Origin: a virus
Lineage: Duplodnaviria > Heunggongvirae > Uroviricota > Caudoviricetes
Strand: one strand, 5' to 3'
Length of the DNA: 64,000 nt
Virus record (IMG/VR): IMGVR_UViG_3300028832_000129
Coordinates: 11,528-75,527 of that record
A program made the translations under genes and the position numbers. This document shows positions 1-11,700 of the stretch, piece by piece. The first letter of the stretch is position 1, and every line of letters begins with the position of its first letter. Under the pieces are notes generated by a model. That model made no database searches. It saw only the letters and a program-made list of their open reading frames with translations, and was not told the origin of the DNA.

Positions 1-23
1 GCTACCAGGAATCCTGCCACAAC

Positions 24-1547
24 ATGTCCATGGTTACCCGGCTGTTCCCCATCGCCAGCTACGAGCTTACAGCGACGAGCGAGCCGTCGACTAATGACCC
101 GAACAGGAGCGAACGCGGAAGCGCGAAGAGTATCAAGTACGTAATCCGGATGGACCTGAAGTCCGCATATCAGGGCGTCCGCGCATATCTCGATACTTTG
201 ACTTATCAGAAGAGCGATACCGAAGGGGTTGAGCCGGAAGACATCGCAGTGTATACTTCCAAGAAACCGAACTCTTTCAAGTTCAACCGTATCGGTATTT
301 ACGCGGTTCCCGTCACAATCAGGCATTTCTACAAGGAAGGCGATGCTGCTAACCGTAAGGATTGCAGGGCGACCCATTACCAGATGGAGATTTCCCCGGA
401 TGCGAAGCCCGAACTGTTCGCCGTGATGCAGGTCGACGAAGTGTGCATGTCGGAAGACGGCTCTTTCGGCCTCAGCGACTACAATACGACTTTCGTGCTC
501 AACCTGGAAAACGTATCGGACAATACTTCTCTCTGCACCAACCCGGAAGTGTACTACAACCTTGCCGAGAACGAGGCCATTACCTGGTACCAGAACCAGC
601 TTATCGCTACGGCCGGGTTGTCCGAGGCGGTGACCAACCTTGGCGTGAACATGGCCCACATGATGAACCGTCTGAATACCGGCAACGGAAATTGCGGGCC
701 TTCCGAACTTACCAACGTGACTACAGTGTCGAACGAGACGGCACAGGTTAACTCTGACTGGGAGGCCGACTGCGGTGTCGCGATGATTCTGAATAAGCCG
801 GATGTACCGGTAATAGATTCTGATACGGGTGCAGTCAGCGTGAATGGGACGACCAAGGGGTATGTCATCCCTAACCAGCTTCAGCCTGCTGGTGACACAA
901 CTACCCCAGTATATATTAACGAGCAGAAGCAATTTGTCGCTTGTTCTGACGTTGGTTATAGTGATAGAAATACCATATCAAGCTGGTGTGACAGTTCATT
1001 CAGATTTCAATCAACAAGTACCAGTGATAATTGGAGACAGCTAAGTAGGAATCCTGCGTATTTTAGCAGTCCTTCGGGAATGGCATCACTCCATTATGAT
1101 GGTTATTGGTATGTAATGCTTAACTGCTACTGGCCAGCTTTTTGCCCTGATGGCACAGGTACAATACATGTAGCAGTAGAAATTATTCCAACTAACTGTA
1201 CAATATCTTTTCCCTCCGTGACTGGTGGCGTTATAGGTACCATTAATGACCATCAAGCGATTATTACCGAGAATGTTAATTGCCTGTCGAATGAATGTTT
1301 GAGTGTACTCCATGAATTGATGATGGTGGTCTCGGGTTTTGACAGCGGCGCGAGCGCCATAGCATTCCATTGGTGGTTTAAAATCGTTGGCACGACAACT
1401 GAACGGTGCGATGTTGATGCGTCTGGCCCGTCATCTCCGTCAGGAAATGCTTGGACGGCATTGCCATGGCATGTATATGATGAGCGTAGGGAGTCATTGG
1501 ACGTATATCGCCCAAAGCGCTTGACTATGTATGCACAGCGTATATAA
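24..1547 (+). CDS. Hypothetical virion or tail-fibre-like protein, 507 aa. The C-terminal half is Cys-rich and of lower GC.
   Basis: Long intact ORF at the head of the + strand structural block. The 5' ~850 nt is high-GC and the 3' ~650 nt is clearly AT-richer, suggesting a mosaic. No recognisable catalytic motif. Confidence 0.5.
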   Translation: MSMVTRLFPIASYELTATSEPSTNDPNRSERGSAKSIKYVIRMDLKSAYQGVRAYLDTLTYQKSDTEGVEPEDIAVYTSKKPNSFKFNRIGIYAVPVTIRHFYKEGDAANRKDCRATHYQMEISPDAKPELFAVMQVDEVCMSEDGSFGLSDYNTTFVLNLENVSDNTSLCTNPEVYYNLAENEAITWYQNQLIATAGLSEAVTNLGVNMAHMMNRLNTGNGNCGPSELTNVTTVSNETAQVNSDWEADCGVAMILNKPDVPVIDSDTGAVSVNGTTKGYVIPNQLQPAGDTTTPVYINEQKQFVACSDVGYSDRNTISSWCDSSFRFQSTSTSDNWRQLSRNPAYFSSPSGMASLHYDGYWYVMLNCYWPAFCPDGTGTIHVAVEIIPTNCTISFPSVTGGVIGTINDHQAIITENVNCLSNECLSVLHELMMVVSGFDSGASAIAFHWWFKIVGTTTERCDVDASGPSSPSGNAWTALPWHVYDERRESLDVYRPKRLTMYAQRI

Positions 1548-1642
1548 TTCGGCAATAATGATGTAAATATCGAGTTCAGGCCGTTTTCTGGCCAAATGAT
1601 ATAGTTTTCCTCTCGTAGAACCCTACAGAGAGGAAATTTTAT

Positions 1643-2155
1643 ATGAAAATGACCGTCAAGCACAGCTATCTTATCCAGCTTGCCAACATTCTTGCAAATT
1701 CCGCCAGGATTTTCACCGGCGACTGCCAGGGAAGCGTCGCCTACAAGGTGTACATGAACCGCAATACCGCCAAGACCTACCTTGACGGCTTCATCCAGGC
1801 CTTCCCGGAAGACCCGAAATGGTTCGAATACACCCAGAAGCACGACAGCGTGTATGCCGAGGCCAACGTGCAGACGGCAGCCGAACTCGCCGCCCTTCCC
1901 CAGGAAAAGCAGGCCGAAATCACCGAAGCCGTGGCAAAAATCGATGCCGAATACAAGGACGTCATCGAAAAGAACCGCGCCATGGAGGCAGAACGCCGCA
2001 AGACCCTCGAGGAGATGGTGGAAGTGGACCTCTACACGGTAAAGCCGACCGACATCCATATCAAGGGTGAAAACTCCTGGGAAATCTGGGAAATCCTCTA
2101 CAACGACGGCAACGGCATCATCCGCGATGACGAAGCCAAGCCGATGGAGGCATAA
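1643..2155 (+). CDS. Hypothetical protein, 170 aa.
   Basis: Intact ORF. The AGAGG upstream is the inferred RBS. Coiled-coil-like KQAEITEAVAKIDAEYKD segment. Confidence 0.5.
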   Translation: MKMTVKHSYLIQLANILANSARIFTGDCQGSVAYKVYMNRNTAKTYLDGFIQAFPEDPKWFEYTQKHDSVYAEANVQTAAELAALPQEKQAEITEAVAKIDAEYKDVIEKNRAMEAERRKTLEEMVEVDLYTVKPTDIHIKGENSWEIWEILYNDGNGIIRDDEAKPMEA

Positions 2156-2158
2156 CAT

Positions 2159-3301
2159 ATGGCAACACTGAGTGCTTGCATTGTCGTCAAGAACGGCAAG
2201 GGCAGCATACTCAGGTGCCTGGACGCGTTGCTGCCCATGGCAAATGAGTATGTCGTAGTGGATACCGGCTCAGTTGACGGTACACTGGAACTCATTGCCG
2301 ACTGGCAGAAACACCATCCCAAGCAGAGGCTTATCCTCGACAAGGTTGGGCGGAAGTTCCACGATGCCGACGGGGTGTTTGACTTCGGCGCGGCAAAGGA
2401 CTATGCTATCTCCCTTGCCACTTGCCAATACGTCATGTGGGTGGATGTCAACGACATCCTCCTTGACGGGAAGCACGCCAGGGAGCTGTTCCAGAAAATC
2501 GTCTCGAAGTACCCAACGGCCGGCATCAGCATGCTGACCAAGGTCACTCCGACCCATTCGTTCCCGAGGCTGCGCATCCTCCCGAGGGAAAGTGCTAAGT
2601 TCAAGGGGATTATCCACGAGATGGTGGTCAACACTAACCCGGACGCCCCCACGATACATACCAAGTGCACGTTCGAGAACTACAAGTCCAGCAGGGACAT
2701 CCTCCGCAATATCGCCGGGCTCAAGAAGTCCTGGGAACAGGAACGCACCCAGCGCACGGCGTTCTATTTCGGCAATTCCTATATCGACCTGAAGGACTAC
2801 GGGCACGCATACGAATGGTACAGTGTGGCTGTAGACGCCTTCCCCGACCAGCACAACGAGGACAGGCTGAAGTCGCTGGAACAGATTTGCTCCATGATTG
2901 TGGCCACTAGGACAGACCTGGAGGAACTCGGCGCCCGGTCGCTGCAGCTAATCGAGGAGTTCCCTACCAGGGGCGAAGGGTACTATTACAGGGCCCGGTA
3001 CAATTTCGAGACCGGGAACTACAACATGGCCCTCAAGTGCCTCGACCAGCTGATGACCATCAAGGCGCCCAAGATGCACAACCTCTGGCTCAACTCGAAG
3101 ATATACGACAAGGAGGAAATCCGTTCGATTATCTTCATGGTGAAGGAGGAACTGCAGCGCAACGAGTCGGCCAGCCTAATCGACGCCGACCCGATGCAGC
3201 CCGACATGATAGACGCCGGATACGGGTACGGGGGGTATGACGGGCTGCCCGCCCACCTGAATTTCGGCACTACCGCGCCGGGATACAACGCGTTCATTTA
3301 A
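2159..3301 (+). CDS. Family 2 glycosyltransferase with a C-terminal helical, TPR-like extension.
   Basis: N-terminus CIVVKNGKGSILRCLDAL...YVVVDTGSVDGTLELI matches the GT2 DxGSxDGT nucleotide-sugar binding fold. Followed by a rho-independent terminator. Confidence 0.65.
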   Translation: MATLSACIVVKNGKGSILRCLDALLPMANEYVVVDTGSVDGTLELIADWQKHHPKQRLILDKVGRKFHDADGVFDFGAAKDYAISLATCQYVMWVDVNDILLDGKHARELFQKIVSKYPTAGISMLTKVTPTHSFPRLRILPRESAKFKGIIHEMVVNTNPDAPTIHTKCTFENYKSSRDILRNIAGLKKSWEQERTQRTAFYFGNSYIDLKDYGHAYEWYSVAVDAFPDQHNEDRLKSLEQICSMIVATRTDLEELGARSLQLIEEFPTRGEGYYYRARYNFETGNYNMALKCLDQLMTIKAPKMHNLWLNSKIYDKEEIRSIIFMVKEELQRNESASLIDADPMQPDMIDAGYGYGGYDGLPAHLNFGTTAPGYNAFI

Positions 3302-3303
3302 GC

Positions 3304-3332
3304 GGGGGCGGTGAGGAACCGCCCTTCTTTTT
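3304..3332 (+). terminator. Rho-independent terminator.
   Basis: GGGCGGT-gagga-ACCGCCC hairpin followed by TTCTTTTT. Confidence 0.6.
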
Positions 3333-3383
3333 GGCCCACAACAATCATAAACTACGGAAAACTGACTGTCCAAGGTACTAGCG

Positions 3384-6300
3384 ATGAACACTCTTTACGA
3401 CTTGGTTACTAAAATCGACGCGCTTACGGCAAATTCGCAGCAAGTCCTGAACGCCCTAATCAGGTCATGCGTGGCCTCCGGGTCGTCCAGCGGCTACAAG
3501 GTGAAAAAATACGGCGAGGAGATAGAGCTGGACCGGGCGGACATCTACCATCTTTACGATTTCTACCAGTCATGGGAGGCCGAGGGCTTCCCGTCCGACG
3601 AGTCCGAGTTCAATTCGCTGCTCGCCAGGGCAGATGCCCGCTGGAGGGTCGGCGAGGGCGATACGAGTACCCTGGCCAGCGACGCCGTCGCCAAGCACGC
3701 GAAGATTCTGTACCTCACCAAGGAACAGGCCGCCAAGCTAGAGGACGAGAATACCAGGGAAGCGACCGAGGCTCAGCTGAATACGAGCTACTGGGTCAAC
3801 CGGATTAGGGAATCCGCTACCCCGAAGGGCACCATTTCTAGTGCGCCAATCCCTCTCAACCTGCGTACCCCGCTGTACGACGAGAACCTTTCGGTCAAGT
3901 CTTTCAGTCAGTTCGAGACTTACCTGTTCCCCATGGGCTACCACCGTGCGGAAATCCTCGGGACTCCCGGGAACGGCGAGGACTATGTCGCCGGCGGACG
4001 CAACTGGACTATTGACGTCACTGACTTCCTTACACTCAGCGGGAACCATATCCTGCTCGGCAACAACAGCCTCCCCGTAAACAAGCTAGAAGGATACGGC
4101 GACAAGAGCCTCAATATCAGCTGGGGCAACGAGAGCTACGCCTTCGGTAACCTGTCGCTCGCCTTCGGCGACCATTCCGTGGCGCAGGCTGACGGTTCGC
4201 TCATATTCGGCAACCACTGCTATGGCCAGGGAATAGACTCGTTCATTGCCGGCGGCGACCGCAATCTCACGGTAATGGACAACGCGTTCGCGACGAACCA
4301 GCGCAATACGGCTGTCGCCAAGAACAGCTTTGCGGCAAATTACAACAACTATGCCGGCGGCTGGGGTTATGACTTTACCTTTATCGGGTCCGCCGACCCG
4401 AACGTGGTGAATACCGAGTGCGACGTGACCTATATCGAGTCCGAGGACGTTTGTGTATCGAATAAGACTGTAACCGATGTGCTCGGCGACAGTGCACTAT
4501 ATAAGGTGCTCTGCATTTCTGCTGATGACGTGACGCTTGCCAAGCTTCCGTTTGAGGAAACCATGCAGGTGGGCGACTATGTCGTTATCTATAACATGTG
4601 GGTAAAGAAGGATGGTTTCCAGAATACTGCCACTAGCATAGACGGGTATGCCGCCGATACGGTGATTGCCAAGATTACCAATATTACAAGGGTTAACATC
4701 GAGGGCACTAGTGACCTGGACCACTATGAAGTCACTCTGTCTACTCCGGTTCCTATCAAGAGCAAGAACGGCGTGTTTGGGGGCGGAACGGTTTCCTCAT
4801 ACATGAGGAGGGTTGTCCGGCATGATATCGACGGGAATCTCCTGGACAGGGACGATGTGTTACTTGGACTCAACTCGACTACCTTTGGACATGGCCATTC
4901 GGCAATCGGGCATAACCAGACCGTTGTGGGCCAGATGAGCGTTCCGAACATCGATGCAAAGTTTGTCGTCGGTACAGGCAGCTCCTACATATTCAGCAAG
5001 GACGAGGACGTATACAGGTCAAATTCGCTCGTTATCGGCGATACGTACAGCTATATGAAGCTGGCCAACGGCAGGAGCTATATCGGCGTGTCTACGCATA
5101 GCCAGCAAATCGATGACATGGGGGCGGACGATAATGGGACGGTGACATTGCCTAAGGGAACGGTGATGGCCACCAGGGACAAGTACACTCATGATTCAAC
5201 TAGGGTAGCCACCGATTCGAAGCTTGCATTCATGCAGGCCGAAAACAACCAGGGACCTGTGTCCAGGGTATGTATAGGCAGTACGATGCCTAGCACTGCC
5301 GGAGTCGGAACCTATCCTACCGCGTTGATGCAGAGCGTAAAGGGCACGACGGTAATTGCCGGCGGCGTCACGTATGTCGACGAGGTAACCGAACAGAAGC
5401 GTAACCTTGTGGAGACTCTTATCGATGCATCCCAGGTCATCATTTCCGGGGACGACAACGCTGTCGGAATCTATGCAAAGGATGGAATCGACATCAGGAA
5501 CGTCAACCCGTCCCGAGGCATCAACATCGAGACAAAGAACTGCATTGCGCTCAGGTTCAAGAACCTTGTTCTTGACGGGGATGATACGTTCGGGTCATTG
5601 ACCGCTACCGGTCGGGCACTGTCGTTCATCCTGGACAAGCAGGATGGGTCTGACAATAACGGGGCGCTTGATTCCATCCTCTGGGGTCATACCACGGGCA
5701 AGAGCGGCTTTTACTACATTGACGGTGGCAACAGCAATTCCAGACTGTTCGATGCAGCTGCCATTACCATGGGGACGACATCCAAGTATGACGGGAACCG
5801 GCTCCATCTGTACAACAGCGTACAGGCAAGCATAACCGACAACAAGTATCACGTTGCATCCCTGTCTATCCCGGAAGTCTCTACTGTCGTTCCCAGTGGC
5901 TATGCGTTACGCCCGAAAGTAACTACCGGTATAATTGACGGTGTAGGCGGTGCCGTTGGCAATGTGCTGACCAGCAAGGAAATCCCTTACATGGACGATA
6001 TCGGCGTATGGTCTTCTGCCCCGATGTCATGTTTCGGATTTATTAGGGGAGGCTCGTCGGTTTCGACACTTGACGCGGCATGCGATTTGTCCGATATCGA
6101 CGACTACGTGTATATGCCGTTGTTGCGGTTTGATAGAGATAGTAATGCATGGGTCTATAACCCTAGTAAAATATATGCCAAGATTTCTGCATCCGGTGGC
6201 TCCCGGAATGAATCCTATCTTCTAAGGTACAACGAGGCACGTATTGAATTGATGCATAATGACAACGGCACCACAGTTAAGTTTGGTGAAATGTCGGTAA

Positions 6301-6845
6301 TGTCTACATCTATCAATGATAATGAGGTTGATGTACAGGGAGAACTCACGTTTATAGTTAACGGTGAAACAAGCGAATTTTTAACGCGAATAAGTGATGG
6401 CTTCAGAATACCATTCATACCGGGATTTGCTACCCAGAGTACGGGTGACAAGTTTGTGCAGGCGGGCACTCCGCTGGCGAATAACGCCATATACAAGCGT
6501 ATAGCCGGTCGTCAGCAGTTGGTTACTAGACTCGACGGCGGTTATTATAGTTCATGGGGATGCAGCGGTGACGATGCCGACGACGACAATGTTTCGTATT
6601 ATGGTTTTGGCATTCAGCCGGGAATTCTGTGTATGGAAATACGGCGGCATACTAATTTTGCTACTCACTGGGAAGGCGATAAGCCGTACAGGTTCCGCTT
6701 ACAGGGGAAAGTGCCATTCGAGGCAACCAGCGAATGCATGGGGATGAACATCAACACTAGATGGAATGACGCATTGCGGGCATGTTATAAGAACAGGGTA
6801 TTGTATCCGATAAGTGAACTGGCCGCCATTCTGCAGGGAGTATAA
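3384..6845 (+). CDS. Large tail-fibre or receptor-binding-like protein, 1,153 aa.
   Basis: Repetitive Asn/Gly/Ser-rich beta-helix-like repeats (NISWGNESYAFGNLSLAFGDHSVAQADGSLIFGNH...). The last ~250 codons, from about 6100, are markedly AT-richer than the rest. Confidence 0.55.
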   Translation: MNTLYDLVTKIDALTANSQQVLNALIRSCVASGSSSGYKVKKYGEEIELDRADIYHLYDFYQSWEAEGFPSDESEFNSLLARADARWRVGEGDTSTLASDAVAKHAKILYLTKEQAAKLEDENTREATEAQLNTSYWVNRIRESATPKGTISSAPIPLNLRTPLYDENLSVKSFSQFETYLFPMGYHRAEILGTPGNGEDYVAGGRNWTIDVTDFLTLSGNHILLGNNSLPVNKLEGYGDKSLNISWGNESYAFGNLSLAFGDHSVAQADGSLIFGNHCYGQGIDSFIAGGDRNLTVMDNAFATNQRNTAVAKNSFAANYNNYAGGWGYDFTFIGSADPNVVNTECDVTYIESEDVCVSNKTVTDVLGDSALYKVLCISADDVTLAKLPFEETMQVGDYVVIYNMWVKKDGFQNTATSIDGYAADTVIAKITNITRVNIEGTSDLDHYEVTLSTPVPIKSKNGVFGGGTVSSYMRRVVRHDIDGNLLDRDDVLLGLNSTTFGHGHSAIGHNQTVVGQMSVPNIDAKFVVGTGSSYIFSKDEDVYRSNSLVIGDTYSYMKLANGRSYIGVSTHSQQIDDMGADDNGTVTLPKGTVMATRDKYTHDSTRVATDSKLAFMQAENNQGPVSRVCIGSTMPSTAGVGTYPTALMQSVKGTTVIAGGVTYVDEVTEQKRNLVETLIDASQVIISGDDNAVGIYAKDGIDIRNVNPSRGINIETKNCIALRFKNLVLDGDDTFGSLTATGRALSFILDKQDGSDNNGALDSILWGHTTGKSGFYYIDGGNSNSRLFDAAAITMGTTSKYDGNRLHLYNSVQASITDNKYHVASLSIPEVSTVVPSGYALRPKVTTGIIDGVGGAVGNVLTSKEIPYMDDIGVWSSAPMSCFGFIRGGSSVSTLDAACDLSDIDDYVYMPLLRFDRDSNAWVYNPSKIYAKISASGGSRNESYLLRYNEARIELMHNDNGTTVKFGEMSVMSTSINDNEVDVQGELTFIVNGETSEFLTRISDGFRIPFIPGFATQSTGDKFVQAGTPLANNAIYKRIAGRQQLVTRLDGGYYSSWGCSGDDADDDNVSYYGFGIQPGILCMEIRRHTNFATHWEGDKPYRFRLQGKVPFEATSECMGMNINTRWNDALRACYKNRVLYPISELAAILQGV

Positions 6846-6846
6846 T

Positions 6847-8643
6847 ATGGCCGACAATCAAAAATACATTCGTGCCAACATACGTGACATCAACGCATTG
6901 GAACACATCACTTCCGACGTGGCAAAATCCAGGTCGAACTACGAGTCCATCCTCAACGGCCTCGTCGCCTGGAATACCACGGACAACCCGAACGTCACGG
7001 TCCGCCTTTCGACGGACAACTACCCGTATTTCGTCGACTACACTTTCCCGTCAAGGTCGACCTTCGCTACAGGCGGCGGCACAGTCGCCGAGGAGGGGCT
7101 GTATCCGGGAATCTTTGACTATGCCAACATGATAGACATGGTGGCCACCACTTCGGACGAGGCGACGCTCAGGCTGACGGTCGCGTCGGGAAACCGTGGA
7201 AGCTGGACACTGTTCGAGGAAGCCATGGTCACCGAGGATGGCACCACGGCGTCGATGCCGTACAAGAAGGGGCAGTTCATCCGAAGGCCCAACACCAATA
7301 CGGGAACGTACCTCGTATGCGTCGCCACGGCCGATATAGACGAAGGCACCACGCTCGACGAGTCCAATACCAGGAAAGTAGTGACACGATGGAAAATTGA
7401 CGACTACGCGTCATACGGGGAATATCCCGGTACAGTCACGTTTACTGTCGACACGAGTTCCGACACGGTCAAAATCGTATCGGCCTATGTCCTCCGCGGG
7501 CCCAGTACCAATGCTGCCCCAGGACGCCCGAACAGCGCATGGGAACGTATAGCCGACTCGATTTCGGGAAAAAAGGTAGGCACGATGTTCGAGCCGGGGA
7601 AGCTCTACATCTATTCTTCCCAGGACGACCTTTCCGATGCCGCCCTGTACATGTACATAGGCGACCCCAAGGAGAAGCCTGCGGACAATTCGCTGGTACC
7701 CGTGGACGAACACGGGGAGCTCGATGACAAGGACTGGTACGGCCCGGTAATCATGGTTCCGGTAACCAACATCACCAGGTCAGCGGTGCTGCACCACGTG
7801 CCTACCACGGACATCAACGGGTTCATCCTCAGGTCCAACTCGTACGACACGACGTCCGTATCCGCCATTTCGAACCTGGCTGTACACGAGGGGACTTCCG
7901 AGCCGAACAAGGGCCTCAAGATATTCGGCACTAGCAACTATGCCAGGTGGCCGGATACCGAGTCAAGGATATGGCATACCGGCATTGACTACTCCACTTC
8001 GAGCCACTACACGGCAGAGATGGTGTTCCACCATGCAAGCGACGAGGTGAAGACCTGCAACATCGTCAACTACGACGGGCCTGACCTTGACCGCGGCCTA
8101 GCAATCTACCTCCCGGTAAACGACCGCATCGTCGGCGACAACGGGGAGGATGCTTACGTTGAGCCGAAGGACGGCGCGATGTTCGAGTTCCTGTTCAGGA
8201 TTTGGCCGAACACGGCATACAACGGCGCGACCACGCCCGACCTCATCATCAACAAGGCCCAAATCTACGTGTACAGCGCGAAGCGTTCCGACGAGCTTGA
8301 CAGCGCGAGGGTGCTCGCCAAGTTCAGCATGGCAAGGCTCACCAACTTCTACCTGTGGGCGGAAAACGTGGCCGTCCCGGCTCGTCCCGTGTTCTACAAG
8401 GCTAAGTTCATCTACTCGAGGGACGACAAGGAATGGCGCACCTACGACTATTACCAGGTGCCCGACCATGTGTTCCTGTCCCCGAAGGGCTTCGTCGACC
8501 CGGCAAACCGCAATGACGACACCTACGGCGAGGACGGAGATTTCAGCGGCGTGCAGACGGCGGGCTTCCCGCTCATGCAGGACCCGTTCGCTGAACTGGA
8601 CATGTCTCCCGTGCGGATGAACCGCATCGAGCACAACGACTGA
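6847..8643 (+). CDS. Hypothetical structural protein, ~598 aa.
   Basis: The ATG at 6847 directly after the upstream TAA is the likely start, rather than the track's 6814. Long intact ORF followed by a terminator hairpin. Confidence 0.5.
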   Translation: MADNQKYIRANIRDINALEHITSDVAKSRSNYESILNGLVAWNTTDNPNVTVRLSTDNYPYFVDYTFPSRSTFATGGGTVAEEGLYPGIFDYANMIDMVATTSDEATLRLTVASGNRGSWTLFEEAMVTEDGTTASMPYKKGQFIRRPNTNTGTYLVCVATADIDEGTTLDESNTRKVVTRWKIDDYASYGEYPGTVTFTVDTSSDTVKIVSAYVLRGPSTNAAPGRPNSAWERIADSISGKKVGTMFEPGKLYIYSSQDDLSDAALYMYIGDPKEKPADNSLVPVDEHGELDDKDWYGPVIMVPVTNITRSAVLHHVPTTDINGFILRSNSYDTTSVSAISNLAVHEGTSEPNKGLKIFGTSNYARWPDTESRIWHTGIDYSTSSHYTAEMVFHHASDEVKTCNIVNYDGPDLDRGLAIYLPVNDRIVGDNGEDAYVEPKDGAMFEFLFRIWPNTAYNGATTPDLIINKAQIYVYSAKRSDELDSARVLAKFSMARLTNFYLWAENVAVPARPVFYKAKFIYSRDDKEWRTYDYYQVPDHVFLSPKGFVDPANRNDDTYGEDGDFSGVQTAGFPLMQDPFAELDMSPVRMNRIEHND

Positions 8644-8668
8644 CCGGATACGCGAATGGATTAGTTTA

Positions 8669-8700
8669 GTGGGCGGCCATGCGGCCGTCCACTTGTTTTT
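8669..8700 (+). terminator. Rho-independent terminator.
   Basis: GTGGGCGGCC-atgc-GGCCGTCCAC hairpin plus TTGTTTTTGGG. Confidence 0.6.
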
Positions 8701-8741
8701 GGGCACCCGGGAGCATAAACTACGAAAAACGCGAGAGTCTT

Positions 8742-11700
8742 ATGAGCGAAACGAACCCCTACATTGTCAAGGAACACAAAGGCGATTTCGAGAACACCAT
8801 CCAGTATTTCGTTACTGGCAGGCCTCTTACCACCGATGAGGAAATGCGCCCGGACAGCCACGGGGTGCACCCGGTGAGTCCCCTGGGGTTCATGATTAAG
8901 GAGGACGGCACCACCCTGGCGCCGGCCGAGCCATTGAGCGGGTTCTCCGCGTACGGGGATTCCGGATGTACCGCGCAGGAGGCGTACGACGACTCGTATA
9001 AGGTATCCGGCAAGTACTATATGTACGGCAGCGACGTCATCTCGTTCCCCGTGCTGGACATACACCGCAGCGAGGACGGTACCAAGATTCTGGTTACCGT
9101 GAACGGCCTCCTTCCGCAGCCGGAAAACTCGCAGAGCTTCTATTTCAGGAATATTACTTCCGACGACTATACGCCTACAGGACTCGTCGGCACTACGTTC
9201 AGCAATCTTGACTCGTTGACCCAGGATGTCGGCAGCGGCACCACGGCAATCGCGCTTACGACCGACATCGTCTTTGACGGTACTGTTGGCGAGGGCAAGC
9301 TGGCATTTTGTGTAAACCATGAGGTCAGCGGCCACAAGTTCCTTACTGTCGAGGACCCGGATTCCGATACGCTTAGCGGCATATATGTATGGGGTGAATC
9401 CGAGGGCGAGCCTATCCGCAAGATATTCAACTGGGGAAGCTGCGAAGTCGGCGAGACGGAGGATACCGGCGGGCCGTGCTATGAAGGGAACGGGTACAGC
9501 GATACAGAGGTTGCCAAGTGGGTAAACGAGAAGGTCGGCGCGATGACGCACTACGGGTGCCATCCGTCGAGCGAGCCCGGTGACATCCGCGATGCGGGTG
9601 GACTAGTGAACTGGTTCGTCACCAACGGCGACGTGGACATTACCGGGGGTGCCGGGAATACTTCCGTGATGATTCCGGGGTTCGGACTGGGCCAGGGATT
9701 CCAGGGAAAATATGCCGTGGACACCGGTACCAACGTAAGGACAGAGGACCCGGACGAAACTTCGGAACATAAGTGGCTCACGTTCGGCTACGGCACCAAG
9801 CACGATGCATACGCTGCCGACGTGGGCAAGACTGCACTCCCGCTCGACTGGCCGTTCTCCCATTCGTCTGATTACGCCGACGAGAAGAGGGACAACAACA
9901 TAACACTGATTAAGGACGGGGTGCAGTTCTACGACGGGACTGACACGAGCGTGGTAGGCGGGCTCACCCGGATTTCCCGGGAGTGCCACGTGTGCGACGG
10001 TACTGGGGTCGTAATAGAGGGGCCATGCCATAACTGCGGCGGTACCGGCGAGGAGCCGGATTGCGAGACTTGTGGCGGCTCGGGCAAGGTAATTGACTCC
10101 GTTACTCAAGAGGAACACGAGTGTCCCGATTGCCATGGTATGGGCTTCCTGGGAGGTCACCGCTACGTTATGGACAAGGTACACGTGTGCCTATATAACG
10201 ACTTCAAGCCGAGCGACGGTGCGCATGACCATACTGCCGGCACTACCGTACTGAAGAAGACATTTGTAAATCTCGCCACCCCGATTACCCAGAAGGACGG
10301 CGATACGTTCGAGGTGACCGTGTCCTTGCCGAACGTCAACATCCCTGACGCATATTCCGGCAACGACGCGATGCAGAACCTCAGCGGGTACTATGCATAC
10401 GTATCGCAACCGAGAGTGTATGTCGTAAGCGGTACGTGGGAATTCAGCGACACCAGGGTGTTTTTCGATACCAAGGATTTGCTGACGTATGACCTTGGCG
10501 ACACGATGTTCAAGGCCAGGAAAGGCTTTCAACTCGATAACAATACCGAGGTAAAGGTTAAGATTAGCTTCGACGCTTACAGCAGAAAGAAGTTTGCCGG
10601 CATTGGCATCATTGCGGACGGACGGTATGTCGTGCTGAAAGAAGCACTGAATATTCCGGCTGTACTCCTGCGCAAAATCAAGAGGAGCGCAGATTCGGAC
10701 GGAAACATCAAGGGCTCCATCTGCGGTGCCGCCTACGTGGAGGCAAACAACGATACGCTGACACAGGCAATACAGACCGATATCGGTCTGAATGCCGTGC
10801 GAAATGAAGAGGGTGCTCTTGGAAAGGACATGGGAAATGGTGAGGCAAACTCTCTCCAGCAATACAACAAGCTTTATACGGCCGATATCGAGAATGGTAC
10901 CAGGAAGCATGTCCTGTTTGAAGCCGACGGGACTCCCAGGAAAGACCAGCGGCAGATTGTGGCGACTGTCTACCCGACCACCACGAATACGTTCCCGTGG
11001 GCGCTGACGCACCGACGGAAGCTCGGCTTCCTCGACAAGCTGATGACAATGGAGTCCGACGCCGGGGTCAACGGGATGTTCGCCAGGGTTTACAGGATGA
11101 ACCGGGCAATCCTTGAAAGCATACCGATGTCCGAATCGCTGGCTCCCGAGGACTACCCGCTGGACATGTACAGCACGGCATCCTGGAATTCCCAGGAGAA
11201 CGACAGGCTATCAATCATAGGGGCGCTGCTCACGGTCGTCATGGACCCGGATGTCGACGTTTCCAGGAAATCTCAGGCCCAGCCAGTACGCCGTGCTCTT
11301 GCCGCGGTGAAGATGCTGGCCGAGGACTACAGGAACGCCAGGGTATCCAGGCTCGGGGATGTCGGCGCCGGCGTCACGTCCTATGTGTCTTACGCCAAAA
11401 TTCGCAAGGACGGGTCGGCACTTTCGGACTATTCGAGCCTCGGCAGCACGGTCGACCTGAATTCCCGCAACGACTACGAGGGAATGGCTAACGCCATAAG
11501 GCTGCGGCATCTCCCGGAATTCCTGGCTGCGGCCGGGACGGACGAGTATACCGGGGAACCGCTTTCCCCCAGCCTGGACGCTTATCCGTACAGGGATAAC
11601 TCCAAGTATTCATACTACAGCGGCAACCCGTATGGCTACGGTACATTCGACACGACGACACGCACCGAGGAGGTGCCGTGCGAGGTCGCTTCCTCTACCG

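Noticed and set aside
8679-8741. Track start (8679) of the giant virion protein
   Set aside because: The ATG at 8679 lies inside the terminator hairpin GTGGGCGGCC/GGCCGTCCAC of the upstream gene. The start at 8742 downstream of the T-run is preferred.
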